DNA of 64,000 nt from a virus (Duplodnaviria; Caudoviricetes), in IMG/VR virus record IMGVR_UViG_3300020434_000055; one strand, 5' to 3'. The notes beneath the pieces are model-generated. The model had not been told where the DNA came from, made no database searches, and was given only the letters and a program-made list of their open reading frames with translations. A program made the position numbers and the translations under genes. Positions 18,883 to 28,491 of the stretch are shown one piece after another. Every line of letters begins with the position of its first letter. Position 1 is the stretch's first letter.

Positions 18883-19429
18883 AAAAGAAGGTGAAATAAA
18901 AAATAATTTAGCAACAAATGGCGTTTACGTATTAATGGACGACATTAATATGGAAACTTGTAGAGAGTGTATTAAATGGATAATGAATTGTAATCTTGCA
19001 ACAACAAGATTACCTAAATTAACTTTAATTATTAATTCTCCAGGAGGTGACGTTCATGCCGCTTTTGCTTTAATCGATACAATGAAAGCTAGTACTATTC
19101 CAATAAAAACTGTAGGTTTAGGACTAATTGCATCTTGCGGATTCTTAATTTTTATTGCAGGTAAAAAAGGTCAAAGAATTTTAACACCAAATACATCTAT
19201 TTTATCTCACCAATATTCTTGGGGTAGTGATGGAAAAGAACACGAACTATATGCTCGTGTTAAAGAATTTGAACTATCAACTAGAAGAATGATTGAGCAT
19301 TATAAAAAATGTATTGGCATGACTGAAAAGAAAATTAAAGAAGTATTATTGCCTCCACAAGACGTATGGTTATCGTCTGAAGAGGCTAGAAAATTAAAAA
19401 TTTGTGACAAAATAGAACAGTTATACTAA
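18875..19429 (+). CDS. clpP: ClpP-like serine protease
   Basis: INSPGGDV, GLIASCG (Ser), LSHQ (His), DVWLSSEEA. Confidence 0.8.
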   Translation: MAKKEGEIKNNLATNGVYVLMDDINMETCRECIKWIMNCNLATTRLPKLTLIINSPGGDVHAAFALIDTMKASTIPIKTVGLGLIASCGFLIFIAGKKGQRILTPNTSILSHQYSWGSDGKEHELYARVKEFELSTRRMIEHYKKCIGMTEKKIKEVLLPPQDVWLSSEEARKLKICDKIEQLY

Positions 19430-19432
19430 TGT

Positions 19433-19882
19433 ATGATAAAGAAAAGCAAAAAAGATAAACAAAAAGAACTTTGGTCAAAAGGAGAAGGCGAATATAGTGA
19501 ATGGCCTGTCTATCCTAGTTCTTCTTGGGCTGGTTCTGAGGCAGGAGAGGCAAAATTAGATAGAGATTCAGGAGGATTTGTAGTTTCATATGGAACTGGT
19601 TCTTCTGGTGCTCCTCCTTCTAGTACAGAACAAAACGATCCTACTTTATATGGAGTAAGCAGTCCTTTACAAAGTCAATTTGAAACAGATGCAATATCAG
19701 GTCAATATACTTTTGATTATGATTTAAGTGAACCTAGACCATTTCAACGAGCTATGCCGAGTTTATCTCAAGTTGAAGAGATGTGTAAAATATATCCTTC
19801 ATTAAAAATTGCATATGAAAAATTTAAAAACATTTACAGGATAGTATATGATGACTACGCAACCAGAGATGATGACGTTTAA
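19433..19882 (+). CDS. Hypothetical protein
   Basis: 149 aa ORF, partly low complexity (Ser/Gly-rich). Confidence 0.55.
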   Translation: MIKKSKKDKQKELWSKGEGEYSEWPVYPSSSWAGSEAGEAKLDRDSGGFVVSYGTGSSGAPPSSTEQNDPTLYGVSSPLQSQFETDAISGQYTFDYDLSEPRPFQRAMPSLSQVEEMCKIYPSLKIAYEKFKNIYRIVYDDYATRDDDV

Positions 19883-20342
19883 AACAACAGAAGTTAAAAA
19901 AAACTATTTTACTATGATGCAAGTAAGACACAGTCTTAATATGATTCTTTCTGAAATGTCAGGACTAGATTGGAAACCTCATATTGTTTTAGGAATTAAT
20001 AGAGGCGGATGTGTACCTGGCATTTATCTTAGTCATGCTTTAGATATACCTCACGAGACATTAGACATTAGACTTAGAGATCATAAAAGTAAACCTAGTT
20101 TAGCAGTTTTAGAAAAAGCTCATGCTTTTCAAAAAAAAATATTAATTATAGATGATATAAATGATACAGGTGCAACACTCAATTATATTAAAGACAATTT
20201 TGGTGCTCCTGAGAATTTAAAATTTGCAAGTATTATACATAATGAACCAAGTAAATTTCAAGGTTTACATTTTAAAGGATATACAATTAATAAAGAAAAA
20301 GATCCAGCATGGATTGTATTTCCTTGGGAAGAATGGCAATGA
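19869..20342 (+). CDS. Type I phosphoribosyltransferase (xanthine/guanine PRTase-like)
   Basis: GINRGG PPi loop, LIIDDINDTGAT PRPP-binding motif, WIVFPWE. Confidence 0.85.
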   Translation: MMTFKTTEVKKNYFTMMQVRHSLNMILSEMSGLDWKPHIVLGINRGGCVPGIYLSHALDIPHETLDIRLRDHKSKPSLAVLEKAHAFQKKILIIDDINDTGATLNYIKDNFGAPENLKFASIIHNEPSKFQGLHFKGYTINKEKDPAWIVFPWEEWQ

Positions 20343-20734
20343 TAGAGAAACAAAGAGTAGATACATTAGAACTAGCTCAAAAACAAGGAAGAGCTCCTTG
20401 GTCAGATGTTGTTCATGATTTTAAAGATATGGTTTGGTACAATGATGGTTACCCAGTAACAGAAGGTCATTCTTTAATTGTACCTAAAGAAGCAACACAA
20501 GAAAGATTAGTAAGATGTTTTGATTTAGCAATAAAAATAGCCAATGATAATGTTGCTAAAGGAGTTATTGACGGTTATAATATTGGAATTAATGTAGGAG
20601 AAAGTGCCGGACAAACTGTAATGTATCCGCACGTACATTTAATACCTCGTAAAAAAGGAGATACTAAAAATCCCAAAGGCGGAGTAAGAAATGTTGTAGC
20701 TGGAAAAGGAGATTACACAAAGAAAAATGTCTAG
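20339..20734 (+). CDS. HIT-family nucleotide hydrolase
   Basis: YPVTEGHSLIVPK, GYNIGINVGESAGQTVMYPHVHLIPR; the first triad His is replaced by Tyr. Confidence 0.85.
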   Translation: MIEKQRVDTLELAQKQGRAPWSDVVHDFKDMVWYNDGYPVTEGHSLIVPKEATQERLVRCFDLAIKIANDNVAKGVIDGYNIGINVGESAGQTVMYPHVHLIPRKKGDTKNPKGGVRNVVAGKGDYTKKNV

Positions 20735-21542
20735 AGCATTATTTGTAGGAGATAGCCATTTAGCTGGTTATGTTACCATACCGGAAAAAGTAGGTCCAGG
20801 AAGTTATAAAGTTTATCAAGATAATAATTTTGCTGAACAATATGCTATTTTAAACAATAAAGAAACAGTCATTTACACAACGCCAGGAACTGTTAATCAA
20901 GTATATCCTGATTGGATTAAATGTATGTTCAATAAATTTGATGACATAGATGAAGTACACGTATTACTAGCAAGTTTTAATAGATTTGTAATTGCATTTA
21001 ATAAAACTTTAATGGAAAAAACTATAAAAATAGATCATTTTACAAAACTAACAGCTGAAAAACCATTGCTTAAAATATACTCAGATGATATTATAGTAGA
21101 AGATTCTGTGCAATTATTTAATAAACCTATAAGATCTGATTATGAAAATTTTACAGGCTTTGAATTTAATCCAGAAAAAGGTTTAATAAAGCCAGATATA
21201 AGAAAACAATCATATATGGAATGCAAATTATTTTATGATTTAAACACACATATAGAACATAGAAACTTTTATAAAGACATTTATACAATAGATAATATTT
21301 GTACAGACAATAATGCAAAATTATTTGTATACTCAATGAGAACTCGAGCTAAATTTCCTACTGACTTTGATTATTATGGAGATTTAAAAGTTACTAAAAT
21401 TGCTTCTCAGACTATAGAAGATTATATGAAATCTATTAATATAGATCCTGACAAACATTTTTTAAGCGATAACGAACATTATAATACTGAATTTCATAAA
21501 TCAATAGCAGAGAATTATATACCATGGATAAAAAAATCTTAA
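20727..21542 (+). CDS. SGNH/GDSL-like protein
   Basis: LFVGDSH block I and C-terminal DNEHYN. Confidence 0.5.
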   Translation: MSRALFVGDSHLAGYVTIPEKVGPGSYKVYQDNNFAEQYAILNNKETVIYTTPGTVNQVYPDWIKCMFNKFDDIDEVHVLLASFNRFVIAFNKTLMEKTIKIDHFTKLTAEKPLLKIYSDDIIVEDSVQLFNKPIRSDYENFTGFEFNPEKGLIKPDIRKQSYMECKLFYDLNTHIEHRNFYKDIYTIDNICTDNNAKLFVYSMRTRAKFPTDFDYYGDLKVTKIASQTIEDYMKSINIDPDKHFLSDNEHYNTEFHKSIAENYIPWIKKS

Positions 21543-22132
21543 TAATAGGTGACAGTTTTGCCTGCCCTTGGCTTAAACCCAAATATGACGGGTGGCCTAC
21601 TCTACTTGCAAAAAAATATAACCTTGATAATTTAGCAGAAGCAGGTGTAGGTGAATATAAAATATTAAAACAATTACGACAAATGTCTAATTTAGATGCT
21701 TGGTGGATACAAACATTTGGATTAGTGATTGTTTCACATACAAGTCCTAGTCGAATTCATACATCAAATCATCCTGTACATAAAAAAGGATTACATAAAA
21801 ATTGTGATTTAATTTATAATGACATTATGGAAAAAAGTCATATATTTAATTCTAGACTTAAAACTGCTAAAAATTGGTTTAAACATTTTTATGACGACGA
21901 TTATCAAAAAGATATGTATGAATTAATGAGAAATGAAATAGCAAGATCAATACCAATTCCTGCTATTCATTTAGACCATTTTAGTATTAGCAAAGATTTT
22001 GGTTCTGAAAAGCACAGAATTGATTTTTGCCAAACTTGGATAAAACATAGAGGAATAGTTAACCATTATACGGAGGAAGGAAATCGGATTGTCTATCAAA
22101 GAATTATTGACAAAATTGGACAAATCTGTTAA
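21524..22132 (+). CDS. SGNH/GDSL-like protein
   Basis: IIGDSF block I, NLAEAGVGE block II, VNHYTEEGN. Confidence 0.55.
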   Translation: MDKKILIIGDSFACPWLKPKYDGWPTLLAKKYNLDNLAEAGVGEYKILKQLRQMSNLDAWWIQTFGLVIVSHTSPSRIHTSNHPVHKKGLHKNCDLIYNDIMEKSHIFNSRLKTAKNWFKHFYDDDYQKDMYELMRNEIARSIPIPAIHLDHFSISKDFGSEKHRIDFCQTWIKHRGIVNHYTEEGNRIVYQRIIDKIGQIC

Positions 22133-22141
22133 TGTAACATT

Positions 22142-22819
22142 ATGAAAACATCTGAAAAAATTAAACAAAGATTAATAGACAAAAAAATACGTTTTTTTGC
22201 TAATGATAACATATCTAAACATATAGAAAAAGGCGAATTAAAAGATTTAGAAGTAGAAATAGAAGAAGCATTTGAAGATATATTAGATGCTTTAGTAATT
22301 GATACTGAAAACGATCATAATTCAAAAGAAACTGCTAAACGTGTAGCAAAAATGTACATCAATGAAATATTTTCAGGAAGATATGTTTCTCCTCCAAAGA
22401 TTACATCATTTCCAAATATGGGATATAAAAGTTTATATACAAGTGGTCCAATTAGTGTTAGATCAACCTGTGCTCACCATTTTCAAAACATTGTAGGAAA
22501 TTGTTGGGTAGGAGTATTACCTGAAGATGAAGTTATAGGTTTAAGTAAATTTAATAGAATTGTACACCATATTTCAGAAAGACCACAAATACAAGAAGAA
22601 CTGACTTTACAAATTTCTGAATCATTATCGAAATATGCTAAAACACCAAATGTAGCAGTAGTAGTCAAAGCAAAACATCATTGTTTAACTCAACGTGGTG
22701 TAAAAGAATCTGAAAATGATATGACCACCGCAGTTATGTTAGGAGCATTTGATACCCATGCTCCACTTAAAAAAGAATTTTATGATATATGTTTTAGTAT
22801 GAAAGGACATAGCATTTAG
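22142..22819 (+). CDS. folE: GTP cyclohydrolase I
   Basis: ETAKRVAKMY, STCAHHF, GLSKFNRIV, QIQEELT, HHCLTQRGV. Confidence 0.93.
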   Translation: MKTSEKIKQRLIDKKIRFFANDNISKHIEKGELKDLEVEIEEAFEDILDALVIDTENDHNSKETAKRVAKMYINEIFSGRYVSPPKITSFPNMGYKSLYTSGPISVRSTCAHHFQNIVGNCWVGVLPEDEVIGLSKFNRIVHHISERPQIQEELTLQISESLSKYAKTPNVAVVVKAKHHCLTQRGVKESENDMTTAVMLGAFDTHAPLKKEFYDICFSMKGHSI

Positions 22820-22826
22820 GTGAGAA

Positions 22827-23690
22827 ATGGAATCAAATGAATTTAGAGTTACTGAAGCATTTATTTCAGTACAAGGTGAAGGCAGATTTGTAGGTGTACC
22901 TAGTGTATTTTTACGATTGTTTGGTTGTAATTTTAAATGTCGTGGCTTTGGAATGCCGAAAGGTCAATTAGCAGACGATTATTTAAAAGTAGATGCAAAT
23001 GATCCTAAATATAAAACACTTAAAGATTTACCTTTAGTGCATCGAGGATGTGATAGTTATGCATCATGGGACGCAAGATTTAGAAAGTTTACAAAAGATT
23101 ATAATGTTGAACAATTAGTTGAAAAATTATTATCTTTAACACCAGAAGGTAAGTGGACTTGTACAAACGGACAAGATATACATCTTGTTATAACAGGAGG
23201 AGAACCTTTATTAGGATGGCAAAGACTTTATGTTGACTTGTTTGAACATCCTAGAATGAAAGATTTAAAAAATGTTACATTTGAAACGAATACTACACAA
23301 CCTATCAGAGAAAATTTATTGGAGTGGACAAAAACGCAGGATAGAATACATATTACGTTTTCGTGCTCTCCGAAACTTACCGTTTCCGGAGAACGTTGGG
23401 AAGATGCTATCAAACCCAGTGTTGCTAAAAATTACTATGACACTCCCAATAGTCATTTGTATTTCAAATTTGTTGTCTGTGACAATGGCGATATTGAAGA
23501 AGTTTCAAAAGCTGTTGAACTTTATTCAAAAGCAGGTATTAGTTGTCCAGTCTACTGTATGGCCGTTGGTGGCTGTTATGAAGAGTACCAAGAAAACGCA
23601 AAAAATGTTACCGAACTCGCAATGCAAAAAGGATGGAGATATAGTCCAAGATTGCACGTCGATATTTTCGGAAACGAATGGGGAACTTAA
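22827..23690 (+). CDS. queE: 7-carboxy-7-deazaguanine synthase (radical SAM)
   Basis: EAFISVQGEG, FLRLFGCNFKC...GCDS, TGGEPLL, ETN, SPKL, SPRLH. Confidence 0.88.
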   Translation: MESNEFRVTEAFISVQGEGRFVGVPSVFLRLFGCNFKCRGFGMPKGQLADDYLKVDANDPKYKTLKDLPLVHRGCDSYASWDARFRKFTKDYNVEQLVEKLLSLTPEGKWTCTNGQDIHLVITGGEPLLGWQRLYVDLFEHPRMKDLKNVTFETNTTQPIRENLLEWTKTQDRIHITFSCSPKLTVSGERWEDAIKPSVAKNYYDTPNSHLYFKFVVCDNGDIEEVSKAVELYSKAGISCPVYCMAVGGCYEEYQENAKNVTELAMQKGWRYSPRLHVDIFGNEWGT

Positions 23691-23712
23691 AAAGGAAGGA
23701 GAAAAATAACAT

Positions 23713-24108
23713 ATGGATATAATAAAAAAAATGAAAGGTATATTTAAAACAAAAGATAAAGCTGAAGATGTTGCATCAGAATATACTGAGAAAGATCCTA
23801 AAAGAAAAGCATTAATAGAAGAAAAAGCAAAAGCAACTAAACAAGGGAAACCATGGGTTGCTGTATTAGATACCCAAATTAATAAAGATAATATTAAAAA
23901 TGGCTTTTTTGAATTAGATTGGAATAATGAATTTATTGAACAATTAATAGATTCAGGCTACAAAGGAGAAAAGCCTGAACAAATTGTTGATGCATGGTTT
24001 AAAGATATTGCAAGAAATATTTTAAAAGAACAAGGACAAAATCCAGATACTGGAATGGGCTACATTAATATCAACAGAATGGATGATGATAAATCAGAAG
24101 TTAGTTAA
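23713..24108 (+). CDS. Phage hypothetical protein
   Basis: 131 aa ORF with RBS. Confidence 0.7.
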   Translation: MDIIKKMKGIFKTKDKAEDVASEYTEKDPKRKALIEEKAKATKQGKPWVAVLDTQINKDNIKNGFFELDWNNEFIEQLIDSGYKGEKPEQIVDAWFKDIARNILKEQGQNPDTGMGYININRMDDDKSEVS

Positions 24109-24111
24109 TGC

Positions 24112-25104
24112 ATGAATTACATTTTAGTAGATACTGCAAATACTTTTTTTAGAGCTAGACACGTTATTAGAGGTGCTTTAAATGAAAAAGTAGGAATGGC
24201 TCTTCATATTACATTTAATAGTATAAGAAAAGTTTGGCAAGAATTTAAAGGAGACCATGTTGTATTTTGTTTAGAAGGAAAATCTTGGCGAAGAGATGTT
24301 TATCCTAGATATAAAATGAATAGAAAAACTGCTCGAGAGGCGTTAACTGTTTCTGAAAAAGAAGAGGAAGAAGTTTTTTGGGAAACATTTACTCACTTTA
24401 AAAATTTTATAGATACAAAAACAAATTGTACAATAATACAACATGAACAGCTAGAAGCAGATGACTTAATTGCAGGTTGGGTAAAAGCACACCCAGATGA
24501 TAATCATATTATAATATCAACTGACGGAGACTTTGCACAATTGATAAAACCTAATGTAAAACAATACAATGGAATACAAGAAGTTACTATTACACACGAA
24601 GGATACTTTGACAATAAAAAGAAACCTGTAATAGATAAAAAAACAGGAGTTCCTAAAAAAGCACCTAACCCTAAATTAATGCTATTTGAAAAATGTGTAA
24701 GAGGAGATCCTACTGATAACGTATTTTCAGCATACCCGGGTGTTAGAGCTAAAGGAACTAAAAAGAAAGTAGGGTTAATTGATGCATTTGAAGACCGAGA
24801 AACCAAAGGATTCAATTGGAATAATTTAATGCTACAAAGATGGAGAGATCAAGACGGGGAAGAACACAGAGTTGTAGATGATTACAATAGAAACGTAATA
24901 CTATGTGATTTAGATGCACAACCACCCAAAATTAAAGCTGTAATAAAAAAAACAGTAGAATCAGTTAAAGCAAAAGCAATAGAACAAGTAGGGTTAAAAC
25001 TTATTAAATTCTGTGCTAAATGGGATATGCAAAGAATAGCCGAGTATCCACAGAGCTACGCAGAGCCCTTAAACGCAAAATATAAGCAGAAAGAGGTAGC
25101 ATGA
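24112..25104 (+). CDS. 5'-3' exonuclease / RNase H (T4 rnh/FEN-like)
   Basis: LVDTAN, YKMNR, EADDLI, STDGDFAQL, GDPTDNV. Confidence 0.85.
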   Translation: MNYILVDTANTFFRARHVIRGALNEKVGMALHITFNSIRKVWQEFKGDHVVFCLEGKSWRRDVYPRYKMNRKTAREALTVSEKEEEEVFWETFTHFKNFIDTKTNCTIIQHEQLEADDLIAGWVKAHPDDNHIIISTDGDFAQLIKPNVKQYNGIQEVTITHEGYFDNKKKPVIDKKTGVPKKAPNPKLMLFEKCVRGDPTDNVFSAYPGVRAKGTKKKVGLIDAFEDRETKGFNWNNLMLQRWRDQDGEEHRVVDDYNRNVILCDLDAQPPKIKAVIKKTVESVKAKAIEQVGLKLIKFCAKWDMQRIAEYPQSYAEPLNAKYKQKEVA

Positions 25105-25589
25105 CAACAGAAAAATTCTTTGCAAAACCTATACTAGAAAGCAGATTTTGGATAGTTGAAAAACAAGGACATAAGGTAGGTACATTATGTAGACAAGAGG
25201 ATAGAAAATACTTGTATACCTGCGAAGACGGTACTAAAATATTTGATAATGAACAGCAATTAAAAAACAATTTTGATGGTGAATGGATGTGGGGTAGCAG
25301 TACTATTTCAAGCCCACATATTGAGCCCACAGAGCACCTAGTGTACAGTTTTCCTTGCAAGTTTAAACCTTGTAACATGGTATATGATGTTAAAAAGAAA
25401 TTACCATTGTTTACAAAAAGTAAAAAATCCAAATCCTTATATAGTGCTGGATACTATATTATTAGATTTGAAAAGGGGTGGGTAAGAAGTTTTTGCCCTA
25501 AATTAATAACTTTAGAAAGATATCCTAACAAAGGACCTTTCAAAACAACAGTAGAAATGAAACAGGAGTTAGCAAATGCCAACAGATGA
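25101..25589 (+). CDS. Hypothetical protein
   Basis: 162 aa ORF, ATGA overlap, GAGG RBS. Confidence 0.7.
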   Translation: MTTEKFFAKPILESRFWIVEKQGHKVGTLCRQEDRKYLYTCEDGTKIFDNEQQLKNNFDGEWMWGSSTISSPHIEPTEHLVYSFPCKFKPCNMVYDVKKKLPLFTKSKKSKSLYSAGYYIIRFEKGWVRSFCPKLITLERYPNKGPFKTTVEMKQELANANR

Positions 25590-25812
25590 GCCCGTTAATA
25601 CAGCACCTATCCAACAATTTATTCAAAGAGTAAAAGCCGCGGACACCGGACATCAAAAAGAAGTAAAAATAGATATTGCAACTGCAAAAAATTTAACATA
25701 TTCTCTAGCAACTATACTAGCCAGACTTGCCGGAGACTACGAATCTATCATAACTAAACAATCGAAAGCCGAAGATACTATCAGTGTAAAAGCTGACGGT
25801 GGAAGCCTTTAG
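25576..25812 (+). CDS. Hypothetical protein
   Basis: 78 aa ORF, AGGAG RBS. Confidence 0.65.
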   Translation: MPTDEPVNTAPIQQFIQRVKAADTGHQKEVKIDIATAKNLTYSLATILARLAGDYESIITKQSKAEDTISVKADGGSL

Positions 25813-25930
25813 TATAGACATCTATAACGGCGTTTCGAAATCATTAACTTAATACTTTTATTACACAAAAGAAGATTTATTACGATAAATATAGTATAAA
25901 GGTGTAAAAGAAAAGGGCATAGTAAAAGTT

Positions 25931-26221
25931 ATGAGTAGACCAAAGCCTACAATTATATTGGAACACGTAGATAAGAAAAGCTATAAATCTGAGCAAATTC
26001 TTAATGCGGAAGCCATCTGGGCAGTTTTTCATAAAAATAAACCTTTTAATCTTAAATCAGCAAATATGCTTAACAACTACCCTGGACCTAAATATAAAAA
26101 AGTTAGTTTTAGTAATCCTGGACACGCCTTTAATCTTGCCAAAAAATTGAATACTCTTTTCAACGTTGAAGAATTCACTGTAGTTAAACTTACTGCTGGT
26201 GAAACTGTCAACGAAAAATGA
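25931..26221 (+). CDS. Hypothetical protein
   Basis: 96 aa ORF; ATAAATA at 25885-25891. Confidence 0.7.
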   Translation: MSRPKPTIILEHVDKKSYKSEQILNAEAIWAVFHKNKPFNLKSANMLNNYPGPKYKKVSFSNPGHAFNLAKKLNTLFNVEEFTVVKLTAGETVNEK

Positions 26222-26610
26222 ACTGGAAAGAAACCTACACAAAAATTTTCCTAAAACAAGCAGATATTAGTGTTAACCCTAATACCTTAAAAGAATACTT
26301 GCCACTATGGTGGAAAAATAATAGATCTAAAAATGTAGGCGGATTAAGATTAACAAATGATGGTTTAACTTTCCTACAAAAGAAACTTCAACTTAAAACA
26401 TACGAAGTACCATTCCCTATTGACTTTAGAGTTACTACCCAAGCCATAATTTTTTTAGATAGATTTATAAATTGTCCTTATTATCTAGCTGATGATGGAT
26501 TAATTTTAACTCAAGAAAAGAAAGCTATGGAATTAATGTTATTTTCTGGTGATATAAGAAAATATGGTATTAGTAAAGCTATGACTAGACTAGCCAATAA
26601 CGAAGATTAA
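26218..26610 (+). CDS. Hypothetical protein
   Basis: 130 aa ORF, ATGA overlap. Confidence 0.7.
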   Translation: MNWKETYTKIFLKQADISVNPNTLKEYLPLWWKNNRSKNVGGLRLTNDGLTFLQKKLQLKTYEVPFPIDFRVTTQAIIFLDRFINCPYYLADDGLILTQEKKAMELMLFSGDIRKYGISKAMTRLANNED

Positions 26611-26636
26611 TCCAAAAATTCTCGGTAAATTAATAT

Positions 26637-27230
26637 ATGCAAATACGTAGAATAGCAATAACCGGCAATATGTCTGGAATAGGTAAATGCTTATACGAAA
26701 AATTTTATCCTTATTATGAATGTATTGGATTAGATAAAGAAAACGATAACGATATTCACGATACCAGAAAAGTTGTAGATAAATGTCTTAGTGCTGACGT
26801 ATTAATTAATAATGCATATGCATTTAATAAACAACACGAACTCTTATACCAATGGTGTAGTTTCAGCAAAGATAAACCTAAACTTGCAATTTCAATAGGT
26901 AGTGTTGTAACCGAGTTAGGTTTGTTTGATCATCGATTACCTAGTGAAAAATATTACATTGAAAAAATGAGATTAAAGAAAATAACTTATGAAGTTAATG
27001 GAAATGGAGGAAAATGTAAAGCTAGTATAATTTCTCCTGGTTTTGTTGACACAAATATAGATATGACATTCGAACAACCTACTGTTGTAGAGAAAACTGC
27101 AAGAATGTGGGAAATTTGTAAAGAAGCAAAAACTATATTATCCCCCAACGCAGTCTTTGATGCAGTGAAATTTGTCATAGATTCCTACGAAAAAGGCAAT
27201 TTAGTTACTCACGTCGTAATTAACAATTGA
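26637..27230 (+). CDS. Short-chain dehydrogenase/reductase
   Basis: ITGNMSGIG, LINNA, SIGS, YxxxK (YYIEK), ISPGFVDT. Confidence 0.8.
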   Translation: MQIRRIAITGNMSGIGKCLYEKFYPYYECIGLDKENDNDIHDTRKVVDKCLSADVLINNAYAFNKQHELLYQWCSFSKDKPKLAISIGSVVTELGLFDHRLPSEKYYIEKMRLKKITYEVNGNGGKCKASIISPGFVDTNIDMTFEQPTVVEKTARMWEICKEAKTILSPNAVFDAVKFVIDSYEKGNLVTHVVINN

Positions 27231-27260
27231 TCTATGCGGGTCATTTAAGCTTCTTTTCAT

Positions 27261-27289
27261 TTGACTTAATTACCAAAAGGTGCTATTAT
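27261..27289 (+). promoter_or_regulatory. Sigma70-like promoter
   Basis: TTGACT-N17-TATTAT upstream of the MoxR ATPase. Confidence 0.7.
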
Positions 27290-27324
27290 TAATAATAAAC
27301 CAATTGTATTAAAAGGAGTACATA

Positions 27325-28443
27325 ATGGCACGAAGCAAACACACACAATCACAAGATTCTAGTTTAGCAACTAGACAATTAAGTCCAAATAAAGCAAAGG
27401 CAAGTATTTTACACGCCTTAAAAATCAAAAGACCAATCTTTTTATGGGGTGGTCCAGGTATTGGTAAATCTGACGTTGTTCGTCAAATTGCAGGAACTAT
27501 CAATGCTCATGTAATAGATATTAGATTAAGTTTATGGGAACCAACAGATATTAAAGGTATTCCATATTTTAATAGCAAATCAGAATCAATGGAATGGGCA
27601 TCTCCTTCAGAATTACCAAATGAAAAGATGTCTAAAAAGCACAAAAACATAATTCTATTTTTAGACGAAATGAATTCCGCGGCTCCAAGTGTTCAAGCGG
27701 CGGCTTACCAATTAATATTGAATAGAAAAGTAGGTACTTACGAACTACCAGAAAATGTTATGATAGTGGCGGCGGGTAATAGAGAAGCAGATAAAGGTAT
27801 TACTTACAGAATGCCGGCTCCATTAGCAAATAGATTCATCCATTTAGAAATGAAACCAGTATTTGACGATTGGTTTGAATGGGCAGTAGAAAATAACATT
27901 AACAAAGACGTTATAGGTTATCTGACTTTTAGCAAAAAAGATCTATATGATTTTGAACCAAAATCTTCTAATAGATCATTTGCTACTCCGAGATCTTGGT
28001 CATTTGTAAGTGAACTCTTATCAGATGATTTAGATGAAAACACTGTGACTGATTTAGTCAGCGGTGCTGTCGGCGAAGGACTTGCAGTTAAGTTCATGGC
28101 CCACAGAAAAGTGGCATCACAACTTCCTAACCCTTCTGATATTTTAGATGGTAAAGTAGAGAAGTTAAAAAGTAAAGAAATAAGTGCAATGTACTCCCTA
28201 ACTGTTTCTTTATGTTATGAACTAAAAGAGGCAAGTGATAAAAAAGATAAGAAGTTTAACGACAAAGTTGGAAAATTTCTTAGATTTATGATGGACAATT
28301 TTGACACTGAATTAGTTGTAATGGGTATTAAATTAGCTCTTACACAATATCAGTTACCTTTTGATCCTGATGCAATCAAATGCTTCGATGAGTTTCATGA
28401 AAAATACGGCAAGTATATTACAGCCGCTCAAAGCGCCGATTAA
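27325..28443 (+). CDS. MoxR-family AAA+ ATPase
   Basis: Walker A GGPGIGKS, Walker B FLDEMN, AAGNR, PLANRF, TPRSW. Confidence 0.9.
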   Translation: MARSKHTQSQDSSLATRQLSPNKAKASILHALKIKRPIFLWGGPGIGKSDVVRQIAGTINAHVIDIRLSLWEPTDIKGIPYFNSKSESMEWASPSELPNEKMSKKHKNIILFLDEMNSAAPSVQAAAYQLILNRKVGTYELPENVMIVAAGNREADKGITYRMPAPLANRFIHLEMKPVFDDWFEWAVENNINKDVIGYLTFSKKDLYDFEPKSSNRSFATPRSWSFVSELLSDDLDENTVTDLVSGAVGEGLAVKFMAHRKVASQLPNPSDILDGKVEKLKSKEISAMYSLTVSLCYELKEASDKKDKKFNDKVGKFLRFMMDNFDTELVVMGIKLALTQYQLPFDPDAIKCFDEFHEKYGKYITAAQSAD

Positions 28444-28450
28444 GTGTTTC

Positions 28451-28480
28451 GTTATAGGGTGCTCTCGGGTGCCCTATAAC
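28451..28480 (+). other. Intergenic stem-loop between MoxR and VWA genes
   Basis: GTTATAGGGTGC-tctcgg-GTGCCCTATAAC, 12 bp stem with two G-U pairs, no U-tract. Confidence 0.6.
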
Positions 28481-28491
28481 ATAAAGGATTT

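Noticed and set aside
28451-28480. Calling the MoxR-VWA hairpin an intrinsic terminator
   Set aside because: No U-tract on either strand, and the downstream gene has no separate promoter.
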